IMG/VR virus record: IMGVR_UViG_3300005286_000039
Span: 1-43,552 of that record
DNA length: 43,552 bases
Strand: one strand, 5' to 3'
Source: a virus
Lineage: Duplodnaviria; Caudoviricetes
Below the pieces are notes generated by a model. The model saw nothing but the letters and a program-made list of their open reading frames with translations. It had not been told where the DNA came from and searched no databases. The stretch's first letter is position 1. Each line of letters begins with the position of its first letter. Shown piece by piece: positions 27,296 to 36,971 of the stretch. The position numbers and the translations under genes were made by a program.

Positions 27296-28030
27296 ATGCC
27301 TCTCCCTCTCCTTTATGGCTCCGTGGGCGTGCTTACGCGCGCCCGCTCGGGCACCCGGCTGATGGCGGAGTTCGACGCCCACGACGCCTCAACGGTGATC
27401 CTCTCCGGCGCTAACGTGACTGGCTGGAACGACCGCTCCGGCAACGGGCGCCACGCCACCACGCCCGTCGGGCACACGGTCTATCCGGCCTACGATGCCG
27501 GCACAGGCGAACTCATCTGGAATGCGTTCGCGGGCGTGATGGGCCTCAACGCCCCCATTCCGGGGGCACCGAAGATGAGTTTTATCGTGGTGGGCACCCG
27601 CGCCGCTCAAACCTTCACGAGCGCATCCTCTAACCGCCCAATCATATGCTCCCCCGTCACGCCGTCGCGCGGCATCCACATCGGCACCGTGCGCGAGGGG
27701 GCGAGCCCCGCCCAGGCGTTCGTGGCCAACGCATTCGGGCAGCCTGTCGTTTCCGCCTCCTGGCCCAACGGCACCCGGGAGGCGTGGTGCGTACTCGTCG
27801 ATGCGATCGCGGATTCCATCCGCATCGTTTCGGCGGGCGGCACCGACCAAACTCTCGCCACCGCCGGACTCATCGCGGCGAACCTAGCGGCCGGGACGCA
27901 GATGCACATCGGGTACGAGCCGAGTGTGCCCGCACGCTGCTACACAGGCAGAGTGGAGCGGCTGCGGGTCTACCACGGGCTGCTGTCGGCGGCAGCGATG
28001 TCGGACGCGCTCGCCTGGGGGATTTCCTAA
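27296..28030 (+). CDS. LamG/concanavalin-like virion accessory protein
   Basis: FDAHDAST....V..WNDRSGNGRHAT; C-terminal IG....YTG.VE.LRVY..LLS. Confidence 0.65.
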   Translation: MPLPLLYGSVGVLTRARSGTRLMAEFDAHDASTVILSGANVTGWNDRSGNGRHATTPVGHTVYPAYDAGTGELIWNAFAGVMGLNAPIPGAPKMSFIVVGTRAAQTFTSASSNRPIICSPVTPSRGIHIGTVREGASPAQAFVANAFGQPVVSASWPNGTREAWCVLVDAIADSIRIVSAGGTDQTLATAGLIAANLAAGTQMHIGYEPSVPARCYTGRVERLRVYHGLLSAAAMSDALAWGIS

Positions 28031-28948
28031 ATGATTCAGCAACTCAGCCAGGGCGTCGTCTTCGTTTTCCATTACACGGCGGGCGGCCTGGGCAAGACCG
28101 GCCTCTCCCCCCTCGTGGACGTATTCCGTCCGGACGGCACAAAGGTGGTCTCGGACGGGGCGGCTACGGAGATCGGGGACGGGCTCTACCAGTACCCCTA
28201 CTCCGGGGCGGGCACCACCACGGCCGGCAACTACTACGCCGTGGCGAAGACCTCGGACACCAGTGTAGACCAGCGGCACCTGCCGAGCCTCTGGGTGGTG
28301 GGGGCGTCCTGGGTGGAGCGTCTGGATACGCCGCTCTCCACGCTCGCCACGGCCATTTCAGGCGTCGCAGCAGCGGCGGCGACGGCGGTTTGGGCGGCGG
28401 CCACGCGCACCCTGACCGCGATCTCGGACAGCACGGGCGTTACCACGCTGCTTGATCGGCTCACGTCGGGTCGTGCTGCCAACCTGGACAACCTGGAGAA
28501 CCTTGACGCAGCGGTGAGCGACCTGCCGGCCGCGGTGTGGCAGAACGGCTCCCGCACGCTCACGGCAGGCGGCGGCGGGGGTGGCGGCGGATCTGCTGCC
28601 CCGCTCATCAACGTCGGGGCAAACTACCCGAACGAGCAGTTGCGCCTCACGGCGGGTGATACCGGAGGGGGGCTGATAATCACCATCCGCGACGATAACG
28701 GGACTCCGATCCCTCTGGGCGACGATGATGTGGTTGTTGCTCGGCTCCGGAAGGTGGGGGCGCCCACGGGCACGGAGATCGCCTGCGTGGTTATCTACGG
28801 CCCGGGAGGGATCATCAAGACGGACGCGTGGCCATCGGAAGTGTCCCCGGTCCCGGAGGCCGGGGACTACGAGCTGACCACGCAAAGGGCCGGATTCACG
28901 AACCCGGCCGGGCGCAGAATCCCGGTCCGGATCATCGCGGCACTGTAG
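28031..28948 (+). CDS. Putative virion structural protein with AVW..RTLT repeats
   Basis: KTGLSP, TEIGDGLY.Y, two AVW...RTLT repeats, Gly linker, beta-rich C-terminus. Confidence 0.6.
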   Translation: MIQQLSQGVVFVFHYTAGGLGKTGLSPLVDVFRPDGTKVVSDGAATEIGDGLYQYPYSGAGTTTAGNYYAVAKTSDTSVDQRHLPSLWVVGASWVERLDTPLSTLATAISGVAAAAATAVWAAATRTLTAISDSTGVTTLLDRLTSGRAANLDNLENLDAAVSDLPAAVWQNGSRTLTAGGGGGGGGSAAPLINVGANYPNEQLRLTAGDTGGGLIITIRDDNGTPIPLGDDDVVVARLRKVGAPTGTEIACVVIYGPGGIIKTDAWPSEVSPVPEAGDYELTTQRAGFTNPAGRRIPVRIIAAL

Positions 28949-28957
28949 GGACTGGAA

Positions 28958-28989
28958 GCCGCCGTCATTCCACGTGGAATGACGGCGGC
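28958..28989. promoter_or_regulatory. parS-like palindrome, copy 2 (32-bp perfect palindrome)
   Basis: GCCGCCGTCATTCCACGTGGAATGACGGCGGC, intergenic, just before the lysis genes. Confidence 0.65.
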
Positions 28990-29019
28990 CAAAACCGGGC
29001 GGAAGAGACAAGGAGATCA

Positions 29020-29349
29020 ATGAGCGTGAGTGAGACGATGACGCCCGGGATCGTGGGCGCGATAGCCGGGGCGATAGGGGCAGTGGCCGGGGCGAGCATC
29101 AAGGCCGCCGTGGACATCTTCGTCGCGCGGCGGCAGGGGCAGGACGCGGACGAAGCGTTCGACCTGAAGCGGCGCGAGGAGCTGGTCAAGCACGTGCACG
29201 ACTGCGAGGAGCGCCTCGACAAGGTGATGGCGCGCTGCGACGCCCTGCAGCAGCGCTGCGACGCCCTCTGGAACGACAACCTGAAGCTGAGAGCCGAACT
29301 GCAGGCGCTGACGGTGATGGTGAAGCAGGCGGGCCTGCTGAAAGGGTAG
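29020..29349 (+). CDS. Membrane-anchored coiled-coil protein (lysis-associated)
   Basis: AAGGAG RBS; N-terminal hydrophobic helix then heptad repeats; upstream of holin and endolysin. Confidence 0.65.
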   Translation: MSVSETMTPGIVGAIAGAIGAVAGASIKAAVDIFVARRQGQDADEAFDLKRREELVKHVHDCEERLDKVMARCDALQQRCDALWNDNLKLRAELQALTVMVKQAGLLKG

Positions 29350-29646
29350 GTGGCGAGAGTGGAGATCGGAATGGCGGATTTGGCGGTCCTGTCGGGTGTG
29401 ACCGCGGTTGTTGTGGAGGGGGTCAAGCGCGGCCTGAAGCTATCCGGCCTGGCCGTGCTCGCCCTCGCCGCGCTGGTCGGCGTGGCCATTTCCCTGCTGG
29501 GCTTCTTCGGCGGGGTGAGCGTGGGCGCGCCGGCGTCGGGCTGGCCGCAGGCGGTGGCGCGCGGCATCCTGGGCGGGCTGGCCTCGGTCGGCGTGCACCA
29601 GGTGGTCAAGCAGGCCGAGCAGGCCGCGGAGGGGCAGGGGATATGA
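29350..29646 (+). CDS. Putative holin
   Basis: About 3 hydrophobic segments, VVEGVKR, GLASVGVHQVVKQ; directly upstream of the amidase. Confidence 0.75.
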   Translation: MARVEIGMADLAVLSGVTAVVVEGVKRGLKLSGLAVLALAALVGVAISLLGFFGGVSVGAPASGWPQAVARGILGGLASVGVHQVVKQAEQAAEGQGI

Positions 29647-30203
29647 AACTCGCTATCGACGCCGGGCACGGCATGGGGAACCGCAAGGCGGGGGTGTACG
29701 ATCCCGGAGCAGTTGCGGCAGGAGAGACTGAGGCGGGCATCGTTATGGACTGGGCGGAAACGCTCAAGTTCTACTGCCTGCAGGCGGGGATCAATGTCTT
29801 CATGATTCGCACGGGGGCGACTGATGCCAACCCCGTGGGCGGGCGGGACGAGCAGGCAGAGCGAGCGAACTGCTCGCACTACCTTTCCCTGCACTGCAAT
29901 GCGGCAGGCGCGGTCGCGGCTACCGGGACGGAGACGCTGTACCGCGACCGCACGGATATGCTCTGGGCGGCGAAGGTGCAGAAGGCTGCCCTGGGCGCGC
30001 TGCGCCTCGCCGACCGGGGGTTGAAACCGGAGAGCAGCGGCCAGCATTCCCGGCTTGCTGTCTTCGATTTCGACGGGCCCTGTGCGCTGTGCGAACTCGG
30101 GTTCATTACCAACCCTATGGACCGCCAGGTACTCCTTGCCCGTTCGAACCGGATTGAGTTCGCCATCGCCGTGGTGGAAGCGCTGAAAGGCGGGCAGAAG
30201 TGA
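29643..30203 (+). CDS. Endolysin, N-acetylmuramoyl-L-alanine amidase (Amidase_3)
   Basis: AIDAGHG..DPGA, E, YLSLHCNA, GTETLY, LCELGFITN..D. Confidence 0.92.
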   Translation: MKLAIDAGHGMGNRKAGVYDPGAVAAGETEAGIVMDWAETLKFYCLQAGINVFMIRTGATDANPVGGRDEQAERANCSHYLSLHCNAAGAVAATGTETLYRDRTDMLWAAKVQKAALGALRLADRGLKPESSGQHSRLAVFDFDGPCALCELGFITNPMDRQVLLARSNRIEFAIAVVEALKGGQK

Positions 30204-30913
30204 CCAGGAAACGAGTGCTTACAGGAATTGCCAGCATCGCTATCTTAGCCCTTGCGGGGACGGGCAGCGGGTGCCGGAAGGGCGGTGGAGACTACCGTAG
30301 CGCCCTCCAGGTAGAGGCGCTGTGGCCGCAGGACAAGGGCGGGGTACTCCGGGTGCCCGTGCGCATTATCCAGCCCGCGGCGATCGACACGCCCATGGCC
30401 GGGCCGGCGGAGGGGGAGCGGCTGGCAGCCACGCGCTACGTGGCGGGGATTCTGGCGGCCATCGCCGACTGGGAGCGGATTGGGCAGGGGCGGATTGACC
30501 TGGCGCCCATCCTGGAGACCGACACGCTGCCGGAGGAGGGGGACGGCACCGGGGATATGAAGCACCGCCCCCGGCGCCGCGGTGAGGTGATGATCCTGCG
30601 CCGGGCGATGATCGGGCCGGACGGGCGCAGGCGCGGCGGGTGGGCGGGCTGGCCGACCCCGCGGGCCGCCGCGGAGCCGGGCGCTCTGCCGGTGCTGGAG
30701 GCCGCGGAGATCTGGCTGGCGCCGGAGTTGCCGCTGGAGGCGGTGCGGAGCGTGGCAGCGCATGAGATCGGGCACGTCCTGCTGGGCGCTCGGCAGCACG
30801 ACCCCGCCGGGGGCAACGGCATCATGGCGCAGCCGACGCGGCAGGGCGCCCGGCCCGGGGCCAGGGATGCGGCCACTCTCTGGCGGGTCCACGGCGGCGG
30901 CGGTGGGGCGTGA
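30200..30913 (+). CDS. Lipoprotein with metzincin (matrixin-like) zinc-protease domain
   Basis: Signal peptide ending LAGTGSGC; AIADWE; VAAHEIGHVLLGARQH...GIM (Met-turn). Confidence 0.7.
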   Translation: MTRKRVLTGIASIAILALAGTGSGCRKGGGDYRSALQVEALWPQDKGGVLRVPVRIIQPAAIDTPMAGPAEGERLAATRYVAGILAAIADWERIGQGRIDLAPILETDTLPEEGDGTGDMKHRPRRRGEVMILRRAMIGPDGRRRGGWAGWPTPRAAAEPGALPVLEAAEIWLAPELPLEAVRSVAAHEIGHVLLGARQHDPAGGNGIMAQPTRQGARPGARDAATLWRVHGGGGGA

Positions 30914-31305
30914 ACTTCGGCGCGGACGTCCGGCTGATGGGCTTGGACGAGTTCGAGCGGCGGCTTGACAAGGCCGGGGACATCATCAAAGCCGCCGCCT
31001 TCGAAGTGGAGGCGGAGGCGAAGACCGCTATACAGACCGGCGCCAAGAGCGGCCGCCTGTACAAGCGGGGAAAGCGCACCCACCGCGCCAGTGCCGAGGG
31101 CGAGGCGCCGGCGAGCGACACCGGCGCGCTGGTCAACTCTATCCGGGCGCACCGGGTGAGGCGCCTCCTGTGGGAGGTGCGCGTCGGCCAGCTCTACGGG
31201 GCGCTGCTGGAGTTGAAGCTGAACCGGCCCTTCCTGCTGCCCGCGCTGGAGAAGGTCCGGGAGCGGTTCGTGCGGGCGATGCAGCGGCTGTTCGAAAGCC
31301 GGTAA
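30910..31305 (+). CDS. HK97 gp10-like neck/tail-completion protein
   Basis: HRASAEGEAPASDTGALVNSI, YG.LLE, RPFLLPA. Confidence 0.85.
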   Translation: MNFGADVRLMGLDEFERRLDKAGDIIKAAAFEVEAEAKTAIQTGAKSGRLYKRGKRTHRASAEGEAPASDTGALVNSIRAHRVRRLLWEVRVGQLYGALLELKLNRPFLLPALEKVRERFVRAMQRLFESR

Positions 31306-31313
31306 GGAGGGCT

Positions 31314-31739
31314 GTGGTGGAAGCAGACGCCATCGAGGAGTGGCTGGCGGCGACGCTGGGCGGGGACGAAGACCTGCGGCGGGCGGTGGATCGGCGCGTC
31401 TACGGCCACGTCGCCCCCGTCAAGTCCGCCTACCCCTACCTGGTGTACCTGCCGGACAGCCGGGGTGGAGAGGACCTGAATACTCTCGGCTCCGTGCGGG
31501 GCGTTGTCGAGCGCTTCTATGAGGTGAAGGTGGTCGGGCAGGGAGGCGGGTTCTCCCCCCTGCGGGAGGTCAAAGAGCGCATCGACGCCCTGCTCCACGG
31601 GGCGGAGCGCCAGGACGTTGACCCCCGCTTCTTCTGCGAGCGCGTGGAGGATATCCGGGACGCCGACGTGGACGGGCGCAGCAACATCTACTACGAGTCG
31701 GGCGGGGTGTACCGCTTCCTGGTGACCCCGGAAGCGTAA
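31314..31739 (+). CDS. Tail terminator protein (DUF3168-like)
   Basis: L.......V..RVY..VAP....YPYLVY, IDALLH; AAGGAGG RBS. Confidence 0.75.
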   Translation: MVEADAIEEWLAATLGGDEDLRRAVDRRVYGHVAPVKSAYPYLVYLPDSRGGEDLNTLGSVRGVVERFYEVKVVGQGGGFSPLREVKERIDALLHGAERQDVDPRFFCERVEDIRDADVDGRSNIYYESGGVYRFLVTPEA

Positions 31740-31777
31740 CAGACAGCACAGAGAGCACAGACAGCAAGGAGAGAGAA

Positions 31778-32200
31778 ATGGCCTGGAAACTGGTGGGCAA
31801 GAACTGCGCCATCGAGATCGAACCCGGCGGCCCCACGGACGGGGCGCCGACCTACGGGACGGGGATCAACATCAAGGGCGTCGCGCGCCGCATCATGAAG
31901 GAGGAGACGGTCTCCGAGGCGGATGTGTCGGCGCTCGCCGATAGCGTGGACGTGTTGCAGCCGCTCCGGAGCCGCGCCGTCTTCGACATCGAGATGCTCA
32001 TGGACAACGAACTCGGCGAGCAGCTCTACAACATGATCGGCGACTACATCCGGGTCAAGTACAAGCCGCTTTCAACGGACGTGGCGTTCAAGGTCTTCCA
32101 GGGCTTCATCTCGCAGCACGGGGTGGAGATGCCCGACGGGGCGAGCATCGAGCGCTTCCGCGTGACCTGCAACGCCAACGGGGGGAGCCTGCCGAGCTAA
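31778..32200 (+). CDS. Major tail (tube) protein
   Basis: Position, strong RBS, 140 aa beta-rich sequence (ADVSAL.D, FQGFIS). Confidence 0.7.
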   Translation: MAWKLVGKNCAIEIEPGGPTDGAPTYGTGINIKGVARRIMKEETVSEADVSALADSVDVLQPLRSRAVFDIEMLMDNELGEQLYNMIGDYIRVKYKPLSTDVAFKVFQGFISQHGVEMPDGASIERFRVTCNANGGSLPS

Positions 32201-32655
32201 TGGACGCGATCAAGCCCATGAAGAAGAACGTCGACCAGCCGGAGAAGGCCGCAGCGCCCTCCGGCCCCGCCCGTCTCGCGGACATTGCGATCGCCGGGGC
32301 GGAACGGCGCCCGGACCTGGCCATTTCGCTCAAGCCCTACACGGGCCAGGACGTGACGATCGTTCTGCGGGAGCCCGACGTCAACACCCTGTTCGCGGCC
32401 ACGCGCCGGGCGCAGGAACTGGTGACCAGAGAACCGTTCTGGGAGCCGACCCTGCGCATGGCGGTGGCGCAGTTCGCCTCCTGCCACGTGGCGCCGGCGG
32501 TGGACGACCCCAGGGAAGCGCTGGCCTGGTACCGGAATCTGGCCAGCCAGAACCGGGACCTCTTCATGCTGCTGCTGGCGCACTTCCGCGAGGCGTTCCC
32601 GGCGCAGTCAAGCTTCTCCGCGGAGGAGGCCGTAGAGAACTCAAAAAACGACTGA
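32200..32655 (+). CDS. Tail assembly chaperone (gpG-like)
   Basis: Between tail tube and tape measure; ends with slippery A AAA AAC at 32643-32649. Confidence 0.75.
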   Translation: MDAIKPMKKNVDQPEKAAAPSGPARLADIAIAGAERRPDLAISLKPYTGQDVTIVLREPDVNTLFAATRRAQELVTREPFWEPTLRMAVAQFASCHVAPAVDDPREALAWYRNLASQNRDLFMLLLAHFREAFPAQSSFSAEEAVENSKND

Positions 32656-32804
32656 AGGGCCTTGCGTGGGTGGCGTTCGCCCTGTGCGTCAAGCACCTGC
32701 GGTGCCTCCCGCGCATGGTCCCCGGCGGGCTGACGATGGACGAGATAGAGGACCTGCTGCGCTACCACCAGGAGTTCGGCGGCGGAGAGGAAGGGGAGGA
32801 GTAA
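32643..32804 (+). CDS. -1 frameshift extension of the tail chaperone (gpGT-like)
   Basis: -1 frame open to TAA 32802-32804: RLKGLAWVAFALCVKHLRCLPRMVPGGLTMDEIEDLLRYHQEFGGGEEGEE, ending 6 nt before the tape measure. Confidence 0.75.
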   Translation, partial: KKRLKGLAWVAFALCVKHLRCLPRMVPGGLTMDEIEDLLRYHQEFGGGEEGEE

Positions 32805-32810
32805 GCGGCC

Positions 32811-34448
32811 GTGGCCTTCAAGCTGGCGGAACTGATCATACGGATCGGGGCGGAGGGGGTGGAGCGCGTGCGCGCCTCCCTGCGCCAGATCCGCGGGGAC
32901 GTCAAGGACGTCGGCGACGAGGCCGCGCGCACGGGCCGGCGCGCCAAGACGGAGTTTCAGGTTCCGTTCGAGAGTGCGATGAAGACCGTGGCGGGCTTCA
33001 CCGGCGCTCTGGGCGCGGGCGCGGGCGTGGTCGGGGGTGTCTTTGGCGGCGCCGCCGTCACCGCCGCCCTGGGCTATGCGGAGCTGGAAGCGCGCCTCAA
33101 GGCCGTGACCGGCTCCGCGGAAACCGCGGCCCGCAAGCTCCAATATGCGCAGGCGGTCGCCAACCCCTCCAACTTCACGTTTACCCAGCTCGCCAATGCC
33201 ACCGTGACGCTGGAAGCGTTTGGGGTGAATGCCGAGCGGGCACTTGGCACGGTGGCGCGCCTCGGCATGGCGTTCGGAGCTGGCGACGAGCAGCTTCAGA
33301 TGCTGGTGCGGGCGCTCGGTGACATCTCCGCCGGCTCCTTCCCCGAAAAGGACGTGATGGCGTCCTTCGGCCTGAACCGCCAGATGTTTGCCGAGCAGGG
33401 CATCGAGTTCGACGGGCAGGGGCAGTTGCAGTCCAGCGCCGTCGAGACTCTGGAAGCGTTGGAGCGCATCGTCCTGCAGCGCTACGGCGGGATCTTCGAC
33501 GAGATGGCGGATACGCCCGGTGCAAAGGTCGCCAGCTTGCAGGACGGGTGGGAGAAGCTGCTGCGCGTCATCGGCGACGGCGTGTTGGAGAGGGCGGGGC
33601 CGTCGCTGGAGTACCTGTCGCGGCTCATCAACGGCCTGACCGGCAGCGACGTCCTGTTCGAGACCGTGGAGCGCTTCAACGCCGGTTTGGCCCGCCTGTT
33701 CAACTTCACCCCGGGCGAGGGCCTGATTCGCTTCCTGGCCGGCACGCTCAGCATCATCGGCACCCTGCCCGACTACATCAAGGCGGTCTACGACAACGCC
33801 AACGCCATGTTCGGCAATGCGATCAGCAACATCCGTGAATACTTCCGCGAGGCGGGGGACTGGCTCAGCTCCTGGGTCTCGTTGTTCAAAGACAACATGG
33901 CCATTATGGGGCAGGCGTGGCACTTGCTGTTGGAGCGGGACATCGCGGGGGCCATCGAGAAGCTGGGGCAGTTATCGGCCACCCCGACTGACCCCGTATT
34001 CCCCGCCGCCATCAACCCCCTGACCCAGGGGACGCAGCCCCTGCCGAACCTGATGGGCCAGTCCCAGGAGTACTTCGAGCGCATCATGGCCGCCATGAAG
34101 CCCACGGACGCGGACGTGCCGGAGGCGCGCGGTCCGTTCCTGCTGCGCGAGGTGGACGCCACCCGGGACTCCCTGGAGAAGATCGAGCGCAACACCCGGG
34201 ACACGGCCGACGCGATCACCCTGCGGCGGCAGGCCATGGGCGGCGGGGAGATGGGGCGGCTGGGTGTGACTCCACAAGAGATGTTCGGCGGGCCAGCGGC
34301 TGGCCCACCAGCATCTCTTGCCCGGCGCTTTGCTGGCACGGGTGACGCCTTCTGGCGAGACCTGGCCAACGCCATGCAGAGGGAGGTGGACCGGCGGGTG
34401 CTGGCTACCGTGAATTCGGGCCGGGGAAGTGGCTATCGCGCTCGCTGA
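32811..34448 (+). CDS. Tape measure protein
   Basis: LAELIIRIGA, AVTGSAETA, NFTFTQLANA, MADT.G..ASLQD; helical; follows the chaperone. Confidence 0.85.
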   Translation: MAFKLAELIIRIGAEGVERVRASLRQIRGDVKDVGDEAARTGRRAKTEFQVPFESAMKTVAGFTGALGAGAGVVGGVFGGAAVTAALGYAELEARLKAVTGSAETAARKLQYAQAVANPSNFTFTQLANATVTLEAFGVNAERALGTVARLGMAFGAGDEQLQMLVRALGDISAGSFPEKDVMASFGLNRQMFAEQGIEFDGQGQLQSSAVETLEALERIVLQRYGGIFDEMADTPGAKVASLQDGWEKLLRVIGDGVLERAGPSLEYLSRLINGLTGSDVLFETVERFNAGLARLFNFTPGEGLIRFLAGTLSIIGTLPDYIKAVYDNANAMFGNAISNIREYFREAGDWLSSWVSLFKDNMAIMGQAWHLLLERDIAGAIEKLGQLSATPTDPVFPAAINPLTQGTQPLPNLMGQSQEYFERIMAAMKPTDADVPEARGPFLLREVDATRDSLEKIERNTRDTADAITLRRQAMGGGEMGRLGVTPQEMFGGPAAGPPASLARRFAGTGDAFWRDLANAMQREVDRRVLATVNSGRGSGYRAR

Positions 34449-34677
34449 GGTGGCGTGCCTTCTGCTCCCGGGTGTGGAGGTAGGCGCCGAGGACGGTCAC
34501 GATTGCCGCCGGAAAGAACCATATCGCCAAAACAATTAGGACCCCTATTATCTGAGCAGATTGTGCCACGCCGTTGCGATCAAAGAAGCTACCGCCTCGG
34601 GTTAAGCCCGCGATGATGCTGTAGCCAAACCATCCCGTCCATAGGACGAGCAGCGCCCAGCAGATTTTAGACCCCAT
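34405..34677 (-). CDS. Antisense moron, small two-TM membrane protein
   Basis: Low-GC segment, two hydrophobic helices, opposite strand inside the tail operon. Confidence 0.6.
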   Translation of the reverse strand: MGSKICWALLVLWTGWFGYSIIAGLTRGGSFFDRNGVAQSAQIIGVLIVLAIWFFPAAIVTVLGAYLHTREQKARHLSERDSHFPGPNSR

Positions 34678-34679
34678 CT

Positions 34680-36968
34680 ATGGACCTCATACTACAGATC
34701 GATGTGCCCGAACCCCGCGTTGCCCTTGAGCGCCTGGTGGTTTCCAGTGACGGACTCGGATGGGATCTGCTCCTCGGCAGTGACGTGATGATCGATCCCG
34801 TCACCTTGTCGGTCATGCTCCGCCCGCTCTGTACCAAGCCGGAGTGGGCGAGCACCACCAGCGGCGCCTATGCCCGGCTCGCCAAAACAGACTACACCCT
34901 GGTCACTCCCACGGCCTGGGTAGAGAATCCGCGCAAGGTCGCCGGCGACATCTACCTGGAGAGCCGCGGCGTCAACGAACTGGTCCGCACCACCGCGACG
35001 TGGCCGGTCAACCGCCCCTTCTTCCTCTCGTTCTATGTGTTCGGCACCGGCAGCGAGAACGCGGTTGCGCTGGAATGCGGCTGGGGGCCGCCCGGTGATC
35101 CCGGCTCCGTGGACCTGCGCGTCAGCAAGGGCGGCGAGGTGGAGGTCTACAAGTCGGGCGAGAAGGTCGGCGTGTACTCGGTTGACAACGGCCGAAGCCT
35201 GCCGCTCGGCTCCTGGCGCACGGGCAAAAGCCAGAAGCTCGCTCAGCAGACCATCGACCTTTTGCTCATCCCCTGCCGCTCCCGGGACCTCCTGGTCACG
35301 AGCAATTTAGGCGGCGGCTTCTGCCACACCTTCACCGACCTGCCCCAGACCGGGCCGACCACCACGAACACGATCACCCCGGCCTCCTACTTCTGGTGGT
35401 CCGTGCCGGCCGGCAAGGCCAGCGTTCAGTGCGCGCCGATGATGTTTGCTGAGTCTGGCACGGTCTTTGGGCCGGAGACGGCGCTGCGCTACGCCCCGAA
35501 CGCGCCGCGCACCTTCGGCTTCCTGCGGGCGAGCCACCCCGCCGGTTACGGCACGCAGGCCGCAGCCAGCTCCCTGGTGAAGGCGTCGGACCTTACAGCC
35601 TACACGCCGGACGGCGTGACCACGGACGTGCGCCTGAAGGTGGACCTGACTGGGGACGGGGAGTCCACCGTCTTCCTCTACGCCGTCGATGCGGTGATGC
35701 CCCGCACCGTCACCACCACGGCCGACACGCCCTTCGATCTCATGCCCCACGTCACGGAGCTGGAACTTGAGGTCCCGGAGGACGGGCCCGCGACCATGCA
35801 GTTTGCGGCCTACAACCCTGCGGCGCTGGCGGCGGCCGGCATGGACCGGCCGGAGGAGCTGCAGGAGCGGCCCGTCCGCCTCGCGGTGGACCCGGGCGGG
35901 GAGGCAGACTTGGTGGATGTCTTCCGTGGCACCACGGTGGAGTTCCCGGTCGTGACGATCGGCAAGGGGCGGGGGTACCAGAAGGCGCGGCACATCTGGT
36001 GGGACTGCGAAGACCGGGAGCGCGAGTTCGAGCTCTTCTCCTTTATTGATACCGTGCCCTTCGACGGGCTGGCCCTCACCGACGTCATGGAGGACCTGGT
36101 GACGATGCCCGGCTTCGACGTGGCCGACACGGACATTGACGCCGACACGCTGGAGATCCCGTTTTCGCCGGGGGTGAGCAGCGGCGACTGGCAGTACATC
36201 CCGGAGCGGGGGGACAACGTGGCGGGGTGGCTGAAGCGGCTCCGGGACGAGTTCGCGGCCACCACCCTTACCGGCTGGGCGCCGACGGCGGCGGGCTACA
36301 AGTGGCGCTACAAGGACCCGGCGCTGCTGCCGACCTCGCCCAACATGAACCTGTACCAGTCCACGGCTGACGCGCAGGCGGCCGGCCTCACCTCCGACTT
36401 CTGGCGGCAGCGCACGGTGCGGGGCCTGCGGCAGATCACACGGGGCACGGAGGCCAACCAGGTGCTCGTGGTGGGCTACGACCCGCGCACCCGCCGCCAC
36501 ATCCCGCGCCAGTTCAACGACGCGGCCAGCCTGAATCCTACGCTCTCCGGGGCGGCGCGCCCGCGCAACTGGCAGGGGCGCAGGAACACCTACCAGCTCC
36601 TCGAACCCCGGATCTCCACAGACGCCGCGGCGGAGCGCGCCCGGGATATTCTGGGCGAGCGCCTCACCGAGGTGCGGGACCTGTGGGAGATGCAGAGCGA
36701 CTTCCTCATCATCTACCCCTCCGGCGTCCCCATCTGGAAGGGGGACGTGCTGCGCATCTATCAGAAGGGCAGCACCACGGAGGAGTGGGCACGCTTCCGG
36801 GTGCTGGCGCTGCGCATGCGGGTGGTAAGCCACGCCGAGGGGCGCGCCCCGGTCCGGGAGGCGGAGTACCTGCTGCGCCGGCTGCCGGTACCGGACGGCG
36901 GCTGGGACGACGAAGAGGACGAAGAGGATGAGGAGGGCGAGGGGGAAGTAGAAGGGGGCGAGGTGTAA
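34680..36968 (+). CDS. Large tail tip / hub protein
   Basis: Follows the tape measure; C-terminal hub-like features (NQVLVVG, PRISTDAAAERAR, IWKGDVL). Confidence 0.65.
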   Translation: MDLILQIDVPEPRVALERLVVSSDGLGWDLLLGSDVMIDPVTLSVMLRPLCTKPEWASTTSGAYARLAKTDYTLVTPTAWVENPRKVAGDIYLESRGVNELVRTTATWPVNRPFFLSFYVFGTGSENAVALECGWGPPGDPGSVDLRVSKGGEVEVYKSGEKVGVYSVDNGRSLPLGSWRTGKSQKLAQQTIDLLLIPCRSRDLLVTSNLGGGFCHTFTDLPQTGPTTTNTITPASYFWWSVPAGKASVQCAPMMFAESGTVFGPETALRYAPNAPRTFGFLRASHPAGYGTQAAASSLVKASDLTAYTPDGVTTDVRLKVDLTGDGESTVFLYAVDAVMPRTVTTTADTPFDLMPHVTELELEVPEDGPATMQFAAYNPAALAAAGMDRPEELQERPVRLAVDPGGEADLVDVFRGTTVEFPVVTIGKGRGYQKARHIWWDCEDREREFELFSFIDTVPFDGLALTDVMEDLVTMPGFDVADTDIDADTLEIPFSPGVSSGDWQYIPERGDNVAGWLKRLRDEFAATTLTGWAPTAAGYKWRYKDPALLPTSPNMNLYQSTADAQAAGLTSDFWRQRTVRGLRQITRGTEANQVLVVGYDPRTRRHIPRQFNDAASLNPTLSGAARPRNWQGRRNTYQLLEPRISTDAAAERARDILGERLTEVRDLWEMQSDFLIIYPSGVPIWKGDVLRIYQKGSTTEEWARFRVLALRMRVVSHAEGRAPVREAEYLLRRLPVPDGGWDDEEDEEDEEGEGEVEGGEV

Positions 36969-36971
36969 CCC

